Of a DNA stretch of 64,000 nt, positions 12,225 to 24,100 are shown one piece after another. Position 1 is the stretch's first letter. Each line of letters begins with the position of its first letter. The notes under the pieces are model-generated. The model did not search any database and was not told the DNA's origin. It was given only the letters and a program-made list of their open reading frames with translations. The position numbers were made by a program, and so were the translations under genes. Source of the DNA: Macrostomum lignano (lineage: Eukaryota); the NCBI GenBank assembly GCA_002269645.1, contig NIVC01000654.1, positions 251,009 to 315,008 of the forward strand. Reading direction: 5' to 3'.

Positions 12225-12628
12225 TGAGATGCTGATGAGGCTCATAGGGGAATTTCTGAGAGGCCAATGAGGCTCATAGGGAAATTTCAGAGATGCCGAT
12301 AATCAATGCTCATAGGGGAATTGCTGAGATGCCAATGAGGCTCATAGGGGAATTGTGCTGTAATGCCGATGAGGCTCAAAGGGGAATTGCTGAGATGTCA
12401 ATGAGGCTCATAGGGGAATTGCTGAGATGCCAATGAGGCTCATAGGGGAATTGTGGTTAGATGCCAATGAGGCTCAAAGGGGAATTGCTGAGATGTAAAT
12501 GAGGCTCATAGGGGAATTGCTGAGATGCCAATGAGGCTCATAGGGGAATTGTGGTTAGATGCCAATGAGGCTCATAGGGGAATTGTGCTGTAATGCCGAT
12601 GAGGCTCAAAGGGGAATTGCAGAGATGG
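12225..12628. repeat. 32-34-bp minisatellite GCTGAGATGCCAATGAGGCTCATAGGGGAATT
   Basis: Direct inspection. Confidence 0.92.
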
Positions 12629-12883
12629 GGTTGACGCCAGAGATCGGATGCCAGAGGGTCGGGAATCACATACGTATCACATAGTCAATGCTCTGCATAT
12701 GCATGTACGTATTGCCGCTATTTCAGGCATATTATTCATGTGCATGCATTTCTACTTAGTAATTGATGTGTAGTAGTAATAATAAAGTATGACTACTTTC
12801 ATTTAACCAGACAATATTTTTTGCTGCGATAGAAACGAGCAACGCAGGCACGCGCCATTGTTGCACTGGTCCTGGTGCCATGT

Positions 12884-12892
12884 CCTGGTCCT

Positions 12893-12960
<68 letters not shown>

Positions 12961-12971
12961 TCCTGGGTCCT
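12884..12971. repeat. 12-bp repeat GGTCCTGGGTCT
   Basis: Direct inspection. Confidence 0.9.
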
Positions 12972-13599
12972 GGCGCCATGTGCTGATGGCGTCGGCATGA
13001 TGACGAAATGGTTGTTGGGAGTCTGGATAAGGATATCTAGCAGTTGAGGTCTACCTCAACTGTGTCGAGAGTTGATCAGCGAAACTAGAGAAATTCGCAA
13101 CAGGTACATGTCACATGCATCCAGAGGGATCTCCAGAAGCTCCATCTGCATGGGTGAAGGGCAAGGCCAGTAACCATGCATCAGAACTGATGCAAACACA
13201 TGTGCTCGACGCGTGCTGATAAAACCTACTAGATGCTTGGCAAGGCCGCGCCTATTGGCGCCCAGCAGGGGTGTATTGAATACACTAACGCTCATGGGAT
13301 GAATCTGACCTTCTCGCCGGGAATCGTTGAATATCTTAACGGTTCTAAATTCCGGCGAATTGATTCTTGCATGCTTGAGAAGATCTGACCGCTACTGTTA
13401 ATGTTACCCTTACTGTTGCATTCAGAATTACTGTTAATGCGCCCAAGCAGAAGCAATTAGATATGTAGTATAGCATGGCGCTGCCACAAAAAACCAAATA
13501 GATAATCCGCCTCCGGAGAACCAACCAGTTAATCTGCACATATTCAGATCTCGCAGCATCTAGCAACCTTACAGGCTTCTTTCAGTAACAAGGATGTTG

Positions 13600-16500
13600 A
13601 CATCAGCTACCTTATTCAGGAACTGTATACCCGCAAGGGAAAACCGGACCTGCCTGGCGCCAGGCTACCAGGTTCTGTACCATTGAGCGAACGACACCCT
13701 CAAGGCCAGGACCTTCCAGCCACCATCATGCCAATGTTTTGCTCTAAAGACATGTGTACTTTTAAACAGTCTTTGACTTGACCTTCGTTTCCGCCTACCT
13801 GGACATCCAGGAAGACGTCCCCCCTCCTGCAGGAGCTGGCGGACTTCTGTAACTTTCAGGACAGGAAGTTAATCGTTGGCTGCGTCGCCAATGCCCACAA
13901 CACTGCCTGCATGGCCTGATACCAACAGGTGAGGTGACTTACTGATTGACTTCATTAACTCCTCCTCGTTACACATATGTAACAGGGGCAGAAAACCTAC
14001 CTTTATGGCCGTATCTAACCGACGTGAGGTTATTGATCTCACTTCTCGTTTCTAACAACGCCCCGAATCAAGTTCACAACTGGCTGGTTAGGGATGATAT
14101 CCCCTCGCTACAGAGCCCGCCAGAGAGCCGAAACAGCATCAACCTGAAGAAGGCCGACTGGACAGGTTTCCGCAGAGACCTTCTAAAACTCCTAACCGAA
14201 ACAATCTTCCGGACTCCGGCGAGGACCTCGCTAGCATCGAAGAGCGATGCAATTTACTCGTTGAGTCCCTAAACACCGCCATGTGCGCTAACGCCCCTAA
14301 GTTGAATTGCAGGAAGAAATACTCCCCTTGGTGGAGTCCCGAGCCACGGACTACTTAATTGTCGTTTATATAGGACGCAACACGCACGATTCGTGTAATT
14401 TTTTTTGGAGGCTGAATTTCCCTTAGCGTATACTATAGATTTAGCAGGGCATTGAAATGTTTTTATCATAGAATGCAGATCTTTTTAGTTTTTAGAGTGT
14501 TTTTTGTTTTTGTCCCATTTTTTATCAATACATAATTTCCGTCTAGCTTAGTACTGTTTAGAAATGTATCGTTTATACATAGCTAGCCTAACCTAATTTA
14601 AATTAGAATTTGTATGTAGACCATAGGAGGCATAGGCCATCTATGCATTACATATGTTACATGAACAAGGACTAAATTATTTGTATCATGTGAAAAAACT
14701 ACACTTCGGCGAGTTTCTGGAGTCGGGCTACATAAAATTGAATATTCAGCCTCCAATAAAATTTGCACGTTTTGCGCGTGTCGCGTCCTTCTACTTAAGT
14801 AGTCCGTGTCCCGAGCTCACCCGAATGAAGAAAAACAGCCGCTGGCTGCAACGTCTCGCAAACGCCTCGAATACCCCAGAAGATTGGGAGAACTACCGCT
14901 CTGCTCTGAGGGCGTGCTAAAGTAGCATCCGAAGGGCTAAGAAGACCACCAGGAAGGTCTACTGCGCCAGCCTCGAGGGGCAGCACCACAAGGCTCGATT
15001 GGTCAGGTTCCTTAGGCACTACACACTAGCTCAGTGCAATTCCCTTCTGCACCTGGACGGTAACTAGACTACCAGTGCCAAAGGCTTGCTAAACGTACTA
15101 TTCTCCACCTGCTTTCCGTAGGTTGATGACCCAGAGTATTTGGTTGAAGACCACACACCCAGCGACCACCCGCTCTTCCAGCAGTGCGCCACCCCCCGAG
15201 TGCTCCAGCTGGCGGCAAATTTGTTTAAACCGTTCAAATCGCCTGGCCCTGACAACATTGCCCCTGTATTCTGCAGGGGCGCTAAAGCTCCAAAGTTTTG
15301 CTGATTTCCTCTCTAAGTTACTCGTTGACTGTTCTACTACAGGCTACATTCCCACGATCTGGAGAATGTCCAGAGTCGTGTTCATTCCAAAGCCCACCAA
15401 GGGTGACTACGCCAATGTGAAATCCTTCCGCCCCATCAGCCTCACCTCTTTTTGCGTTAAGCTGGTGGAGAGGCTCATCCTGTGGAGGCTTCGCGATTGT
15501 GATCTGCGCTCCACTCCAGTCAGTGTCAGTACGCCTTCCAGCCAGGGAAGACGACTGAGCATGCTCTTCATGCCGTTACCTCCAAGATCGAGAGTGCAAT
15601 CCTTAGCAAGCAACTTCCAGGGAGCCTTTGACAATGTTCTTTTTCGCTCCTTCAGAAACTCCCTTTTCCCGCAGAAATGTGGGCTTATGGGCGCTACCTG
15701 CACCCGAGCGGTACTGAATGGCGGGCCCCAAGGCCGCGTGCTTACCCCACTCCTGTAGAATCTCGTCATGGACGAGCTCCTGAGCGCTGACATTCCCAGC
15801 AGTATTACCAGGGCGGGCTACGCCGACGACGTCGCTGTAGCCGTCAGCGGACCGGACCCCGCCACCCTGCACAACCTGATGCAGCCATTCGCCAACAAGG
15901 CGGCTGACTGGGCTACGTGGCACGGCCTTAAAATCAGCGTCGCAAAGACGTCGTTGTCATCTTCACCAAACGCAGAGCGTGGGAGATACAAAACCTCACT
16001 GTTTATGGTAGAAAAATTCCTTTCAAGAAGGAGGTCAAGTATCTCGGCGTAGTCTCGGTCTCCTGCGCTGGAGCAGAAGGCCGCTCGTGAGCGTCTCTAC
16101 CAGCTGCAGGGCAGCATCTGCCGCGCCGTCACAGGTGCGTACCCGTCAAACCCCTTTAGAGGGGGCTGAGCACTATCCTTAATTTGTCTCCGCTTCATTT
16201 GTTTCTTAGGGCGAAGACTATGAAATCTGCCTCTCGACTTATCAGAGATAAAACGTTAAATAACGCACCCTCTAGCTATGTTCCAATGAAAACTCTATAA
16301 TCCCGCGTATGGATTTATTTCGTCCTTCGCGAACTTACCAACATCAACATCGACCCGGACAATGTGGAGAGTCGCCTCTTCGCTCTCAAGCTTTCCAGAT
16401 CGCCATCCCTGGTCGAGACAGCATTCCGCTGGATGTCGGTGTGATGGCTCGCTGTTTAACGGCCGCGCTGGAGCGGTTACTGCCATCTTCCACAAGGCCG

Positions 16501-17238
16501 TAAGAAGACTCTTCCAGGAAAGTCTGCACCTCGGTGAGAGCACCCGGTTTTTCAAGTCGGAATTCGCGTCATTGAGCAGTACACAGCACCTGCTCTAGGC
16601 GAACATTAGCAATTTCAATATTCATTTCAACACTTATAGCCAAGTCGCTATCACGGCCTTAACCACCGAAAAAATCTCCGCTGCATGAGTATCTCAATCA
16701 CTGAAGTGTGCAATCTCTCTCTGATCAGTCCTTTGCGAGTACAGGATTTGAATTATTATGGACACGCGGTCACAGCTCGTGGACTGAGCTCTCTCGCCGA
16801 GTGGGTAGCAACCCGGACGGCAACCACCGTCTGATGTACCCATTCGTAGGTCGCAAGTCAACAGGTGGCTCCACCACACCAACTCCACTGGAACAGTTGC
16901 ACCGACTACAGGCGGACCTGCTCAGCAATGTCTAATTAAACTGAACCGGAAAGTCTCTGAATACATGTAATCTCTGTCTCACTTAACAGAACCGACCGAC
17001 CTCAGGGAGATGTGCATGGTCCTAACCAGCAATGGATTCTTCCAGAGGCATATCTCGTTGCAAACCGGTTGCCCTCCCACCTGTCTCTTCTCTGTGGCAT
17101 ACTGTAGGAGAGGAGACCGAGGAGCATCACACGTCACCTTCTGCTCTATTCGCGGCGCCTGGGCCCCCGTCAGTAGTAAGAAGTAAGTAAGTAAAGTAAG
17201 TAAGTAGTAAAGTAAGTAAGTAAGTAAGTAAGTAAGTA
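13600..17238 (+). mobile_element. Decayed non-LTR retrotransposon ORF2 (APE endonuclease, RT, RNase H, CCHC), LOA/R1 group, with a (TAAG)n 3' tail
   Basis: Frameshifted motifs in colinear order: LIQE, FVSAYL, LIVGCVANAH..DTNR*G..N.G..PTF..VIDLT (APE); PWWSPEL, FKPFKSPGPD, VVFIPKP..SFRPISLTSF, FQGAFDNV, PQG.VLTPLL, YADD, VKYLGV (RT); DGS..AGA..HLG..EF and W.RGH (RNase H); LTSNG..RH..TC..CG..EET.EH (CCHC). AGTA repeats at 17175-17238. Confidence 0.9.
14345..14808. mobile_element. 464-bp MITE with 14-bp TIR CACGGACTACTTAA and 8-bp TSD TCCCGAGC, inserted in the LINE
   Basis: Perfect TIRs at 14345-14358 and 14795-14808, TSD copies at 14337-14344 and 14809-14816, and ~60-bp imperfect subterminal inverted repeats. 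Removing the element restores [16 protein letters not shown]. The 8-bp TSD indicates hAT or P superfamily. Confidence 0.93.
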
Positions 17239-18119
17239 GCATGGCTCTGTACACTGGAACCGATTGTCTCTGGTCTAGAGGCTACAGTATTATATACATG
17301 TACATGCATGTACAGTTAATTATGTGTTGACATGAAAATTTTCCTATTTTATCCTTTTTATCCCGCACGGGATCCTCCGGGACTGGGATGACGTGTCTTG
17401 GCGTTTCTACATACATGTACATGTACTGATGTACATGCTAGTAATCCCATGATGTACACTAATGTACACTCATTATAGTACTAGTCAACTGTATGTGTCG
17501 ATCCTGTGTAGTCAACATTGCGCAAAATGTAAATGTTAGGCAGTTTCTGATTGACTCATTTATTCGCTTACGTGAGCATAGTTTCAGTCTTAGGACTGAA
17601 AAAGTACATTACACAAATTATCTTTGATCGTAGTGTCCTCGTACAATTATTGATATGTGTCAAATAAATATTGTAAATGACCATAAAAGCATACCGTACA
17701 ATTTTTTACACAGTCTTTAAAAATCAATTAAAATTGTATAACGAAGAACAAATGTAAAAACATAAAACATCTCTAATAACTTTACAAATATATTAAGCTC
17801 GCTGTTGTACACTTTTGTTTGACTGCTTTATTTGCTGTTAAAATAGTTTGACTTCGTTTCTTTCCTGATTTTTGCAAGAAGGAACAAACAAACAACGAAC
17901 GAATCGGCGACGGCGACAAAATTTACTGTACTAGAAACTAAAGAAGCTAATAATAACTAGTTTATATCTAAATTATTAACGTTACTGAATAGGTTTTTTC
18001 ACTTACTTAGCTAGAGCATTTATTTCTCTTTTTCAATTGAGTTCAAATCAAGTTATTTGTAAATTGTAATTAAATAAATGTGTCACACTAAGGAATGAAC
18101 TTCTCACTAAAGTTAATTC

Positions 18120-21100
18120 ATGTCTTCAAAAGATTCTGATATATCCCAACTTTCATTTCGCGAAGTGAAGCTTGTTCAGGATCTTGACAGGTAATTCCTT
18201 TTTAACATATCTCTTGTTTTCCAGAAATTGCACAGTTGACAAAGCACTAGGGCCTACACAGACAGAGAGCTGGTTTTTTTGCTGGACTAACAATTAACAT
18301 GCAAAATTGTATCCAAGGCTCAATTTTAAAATGCGATTTGGAAAGTCGGGATATTATGTAATATCCCTATTGCATAAAAAACCTTTGGCATTCCTTTGGT
18401 TTACAATTGCCTTCTATTTTGCCAGTTTCAGTTCACAATCACCTTATATTTTGCTCATTGCAGCGCAAAAATGGCATCTTCAAAACTTAAAAACTAAAAA
18501 AATATGCAAAATTGAAAGTGCAGTTTGTTGGATGATACTTATATATCAGCTTTGGTATATGATCATTTGAATGTGTAACACAAATAGGAATGATTGTCAA
18601 CTAAATCTAGATTAAAATTGTATGTAATGTTTTTATTTTTAGTGGTGATGATTACTGTTTGAGGTGATCATAAACCAAAGGAATACTAAAAACCTGGCCT
18701 GTTTTTTGTTGGCACTAAGACAAAATTGTATCTTCTAATTTGAGGATAGGGCCTATGATTTGGAAAGTCAGTATGCCATAACATCCCCATTGTACAAAAT
18801 TAAATCTAAACAAAGGATGACAATAAAACTGACAGCATATTGTAGTTTAAATGCCAAGCATAAAGTATGACTTGTTGGTACCCTAATATAAATATATACA
18901 TACATGTGCAACCCCCCTGATTTATACTGGCCATGCGACTTACTTTTTGACCAAAAATGCGACTTACCTATAAAAGAAACCTAATGCAATTTTGGGTAAA
19001 CGGCAGGAGTAACTATGACTGTCTTATAAGGGCTAAATGTCTCATCATCTAGTTAGTACTACGTCTATTCTTTAGGCTGGGCATTTTTGCAACTTACCCC
19101 TTGTCCACCACAATTTACAGTGGCCAGATCAGCCAGGTCAGCCAGCAGTTGTGCATGTATAAATATATAAGTATCAAATATCCATAGGGCATAGTTTAGA
19201 AATCAATATATATGCTGGGATACAATTTGGATCTCAATTTGGATCCCAATATACATTAGGAGTACTTGTCATTTTTCAATGTACATCAGCATATATCCTG
19301 ATATATATGATATAGTGAAAGCATTGAGTCAATTGCACATTTTTAGTTTTGGCATATAAACAAGGTCTTATAATTTTTTTCTAGCATTGAACTCATTACA
19401 TTATACACAATCCGAACTATGGTCAAATATTGGAAATAGAATAGAATAGAAAAGATGTAGAAGGTTACAGAATCCTTGTGTGCACAGATTCGCAAAACAG
19501 CTCAGAGGAGCAGAGAGCAATGTCACGGGGTCAGGTCAAGGTCATTGAGGTCGTCAATCAAAGTCTGGATCAACGTGGCAGCATGGCCTTGGCCATATCA
19601 AAACTGTTCTTGCGATAGGTGAAGCAGTGCCATCGCAAGAGAGTTGGCCTCATTGTGACCATGTCATCATAGAAAGTGATTGGCAAGGGAATATAAGGAA
19701 TTGATTGACTGATTAATCATTCATTTAAATATTTTAGAAGCCTAATTTTCTAATTTAGGCTTATAAAATTCCCTAAGATTCTTAGAAATTAAAGTCTAAG
19801 ATTTGAGATTTTTGAAAAATTATATTTATTTTGAATATTTTTAAGATTCAATACAAAAAAATAGATAATGTATCTATTGCAATATATTAATAATAAACCT
19901 AGGGATAGACAATATAATTTATAATTAAAATAGTAAGTTTATTTGTTTTTTTATATATTTAGAATTCTAAAATGATATTTCAAGTTAATAATATTCAAGA
20001 ATTAAAAGACTAATCTTATTGTAGTTAAAACTAAGAGTTGGACAATATCACATTTCTAAGATTTTTAAGACTTGGAATCTATACTTTTGAAATAATTAAG
20101 ATTTGATTAAGCTTAGTTTATCTAATATTATTGTTTGTTAGATGTGTACAATGGTGATAAAAAGGAAAACAATAATTATATACTGTTGTCTTTATTAAGC
20201 TTATTAAAAAAATTGATTATATATCAAATATATATGATAATATTATAGTCACAAATAGTCACATAGTCACAAATCTTGATTTCTTTTTCAAGATTGAGAA
20301 AAGTGCTAAGATCTTAATGATTGAGATCAATATTAAAATCTTATTTAATAACTAGCTAAAACCTAGTGACTAGTATTTCAATTTTGCTTTTGGTTTTCTA
20401 GGATTATAACAGGCCTAATTTCCTAAGATTCAAAATTCCTAAGATCATTTAGATCTAAGATTTTGATCCTAGCATTAACAAAATACCAGATTACTAGGTT
20501 TTTAAATTTAGAGTTATGAAAGTCTAAAAAAATAAAAGTAACTAGAATCTAAGAATTGTTATAAGGTTACAAAAATGTAAGTGGCAAAGCATGGATTTGG
20601 ATATAGGGAAGAAAAATAGGTAGCTAGCTAGCTAATAAAATTATGCTAATAAAATTCAGACCTTTGCTAGAAAAGCCTACAATAGATTAGCATAATACAA
20701 AAAAGCATTTATACTAAATCTCTTTGGACTTTTATAAATACAAAATAAAAAGTTTACCAAAGGCTCAAAATTACAACTTTAGCTTATTATGTGCCATATA
20801 ACATATTTACACTAAATGTATACCAAATAGTACAAATTTATAAAAAAATTAAAGTATTCTGTATGGTACGCTCTAAGTGTACACTAGCTGTTATAGGTAT
20901 ACTATTTTTGTGTACTTGACATTGGCTTGGCATGATCCTAAATATGACATATTAAGGGCAAATATTTGTAATATGAATTAAAAAAGTATGATACTCAAAC
21001 TAAATGATATCTAGCTTCAGAAAAACTATGCCCAATTTTGCATCTAATATCTTATTTTTAAATGCTAAAATAAACATTGATAGGTTATGTCATTGTCATA

Positions 21101-24100
21101 TGCAATTGCACAAGAAATCTAGTTCTAATCTTGAGATGAAATTATATTATTTTTGTAATTGTTCTCAATTGTTGTCTTTCTATAAGAATTTTATGGCAAA
21201 TAACTTAAATGTATAATTCTTTTTGTGCATCTTCTATTCTTAGATAGAAAAGTAAAAAAATCATCTTTGAAAAATGCAAGTCAAAAACATATTGTAAGAG
21301 TTGTGCTTAAAATAACATTTATGCTATGCAAGTCAATGTGGGATTTGAATGTACTTGTAAGTAGTGTGTCAGTAATGTTTTTTCTACTAGTTATCTGTTA
21401 GTGGTTAATTTTAAGTGTATGTATATGATTTTGAAAGTCCTGTTAATATCTTGTAACATTATATTCACAATTTACTTTAATTTTATAACAAGCAACCATT
21501 GTTTTCTTTGAAACAGCCTAGCATTCGGTTTTGCCAAACTCGGCCCTAGCGACACGCCGCCTGCTCCGGGAGCAGCAGCAGCCAGCAGCAGCAGCAGCAG
21601 CGGCAGCAAGCGCACAATCCTGCAGAAAGCTGTCACCTATCTTGACAGTTTAGTATTGCAATCGGTTATTGACGCGGAAGAGTTTGCCAAACAGACTAAA
21701 GATTCGGTGAAATTTGATTCAACAAAATCCGAACAATTAGCTGCTGCGTCAGACGAAGAGGCTACAGATATTGGCGTTGTTGAATCAGAAGCCGCTCGAG
21801 CTAGGCGCCACTTTGAACAGTCGGTGCCGCCGGCTTTGTATTGCTACCTGGGCCATTTTCACCTGCTATTAGAGCACTGGGAGCAGGCATTTAGCGCCTA
21901 TACGGTGTACGAGCAGCGCGAGCCCCGAGCCGACACTAACTCGGCTTATTTATACGGCCTAGGCCTGTGCCACTATCATTTTAATAGATTTGACAGCGCT
22001 ATATCAGCTTTTCATCGGGTGCTGTACCAGGAGCCTGCATTCTCCAGAGCTAACGAGATTCACGTTCGCCTGGGCGTTATCTACAAGCTGCGGGCCGATC
22101 TTGAGAGAAGCTTGCGGCATTTTAAACGGGCGCTGTACGACCGGTCGCCCTGTTCTCTGACTAGCGCTGAAATAAGATTTCATATCGCTCATCTGTACGA
22201 GGTCAGTGCGGGGGTGTTGCTTTCATTTGGCGTTTGGGCTCTAGGGGGTTGCTTAAATGAGTCAAATGATCCAATTACCAATTAGTAATGACCAAATGAT
22301 CTAATTTGTGATGACCCAATGACCAAATTGGCAATGACCCAGTGACCAAATTGGCAATGACCCAATGATCTAATTTGTGATGACCCAATGACCAAATTGG
22401 CAATGACCCAATGGTCTAATTTGTGATGACCCAATGACCAAATTGGCAATGAGCCAATGATCAATTTGGCAATGAGCCAATGATCAATTTGGCAATGACC
22501 CAATGATCAAATTGGCAATGATCCAATGACCAATTTGGCAATGACCCAATGATCTAATTTGTGATGACCCAATGACCAAATTGGCAATGACCCAATGATC
22601 TAATTTGTGATGACCCAATGACCAAATTGGCAATGACCCAATTATCTAATTTGTGATGACCCAATGACCAAATTGGCAATGACCCAATTATCTAATTTGT
22701 GATGACCCAATGACCAAATCGGCAATGACCCAATGATCTAATTTGTGATGACCCAATGACCAAATTGGCAATGACCCAATTATCTAATTTGTGATGACCC
22801 AATGACCAAATTGGCAATGACCCAATTATCTAATTTGTGATGACCCAATGACCAAATCGGCAATGACCCAATGATCAAATCGGAAATGACCCAATGATCA
22901 AATTGGCAACGACCCATTGATCAAATTGGCAATGATCCAATGACCATGAAGACAACTATAAAAGCATTATGACACAACATCAAACCGCATGCTTATTAAT
23001 ATTGTGCAGGTGTGCAACAAAGTCCGCTTCGCCAAGGACTACTACAGTCAACTAGCCGAGAAGCCGGACACCAGCAAAGAATTGAAAGCGCTGTGCTACC
23101 TGCAGCTTGGCTGGCTGTACCATTCTAAGCCCGAGCTGGGCGATCACGATACCGCTGTGCAGTATCTGCAGAATGCCCTCACTCTAGACCGCGAGCACGG
23201 CACCTATTATCTGCTTGGGCGTTGCTTCTCAGCTCTCGGTCGAGTTCAGGACGCTTTTATGGCGTATCGGTCCAGTATTGACAAGCTGGAGGCCTGTGCC
23301 GATACCTGGTGCAGCATTGGGGTGCTGTACCAGCAGCAGAACCAGCCTATGGATGCTCTGCAGGTGACTGTGGCTTCGGTCTGGCTGCGTTCTGGGGCTG
23401 CCATCTTTCTGCATATTTACACTGATACCATGACACATCCTTTGTTGCTGGACTAGCCTCCCAGATCCTCAGTTGCTGGGCCAGCCTCCTAGATCCTCCG
23501 TTGCTGGGCCAGCCTCCCAGATCCCCAGTTGCTTGGCCAGCCTCCCAGATCCTCAGTTGCTGGGCCAGTCTCCTAGATCCCCAGTTGCTTGGCCAGCCTC
23601 TGATCCACCGTTGCTGGGCCAGCCTCCCAGATCCCCAGTTGCTTGGCCAGCCTCCCAGATCCCCAGTTGCTTGGCCAGCCTCTGATCCACCGTTGCTGGG
23701 CCAGCCTCCCAGATCCTCAGTTGCTGGGCCAGCCTCCCAGATCCCCAGTTGCTGGGCCAGTCTCCTAGATCCCCAGTTGCTGTGCCAGCCTCCCAGATCC
23801 TCAGTTGCTGGGCCAGCCTCCCACATCCGCAGTTGCTGGGCCAGCCTCCCACATCCGCAGTTGCTTGGCCAGCCTCCCAGATCCCCAGTTGCTTGGCCAG
23901 CCTCCCAGATCCTCAGTTGCTGGGCCAGTCTCCTAGATCCCCAGTTGCTTGGCCAGCCTCTGATCCACCGTTGCTGGGCCAGCCTCCTAGATCCCCAGTT
24001 TCTTGGCCAGCCTCCCAGATCCCCAGTTGCTGGGCCAGTCTCCTAGATCCCCAGTTGCTGTGCCAGCCTCCCAGATCCTCAGTTGCTGGGCCAGCCTCCC

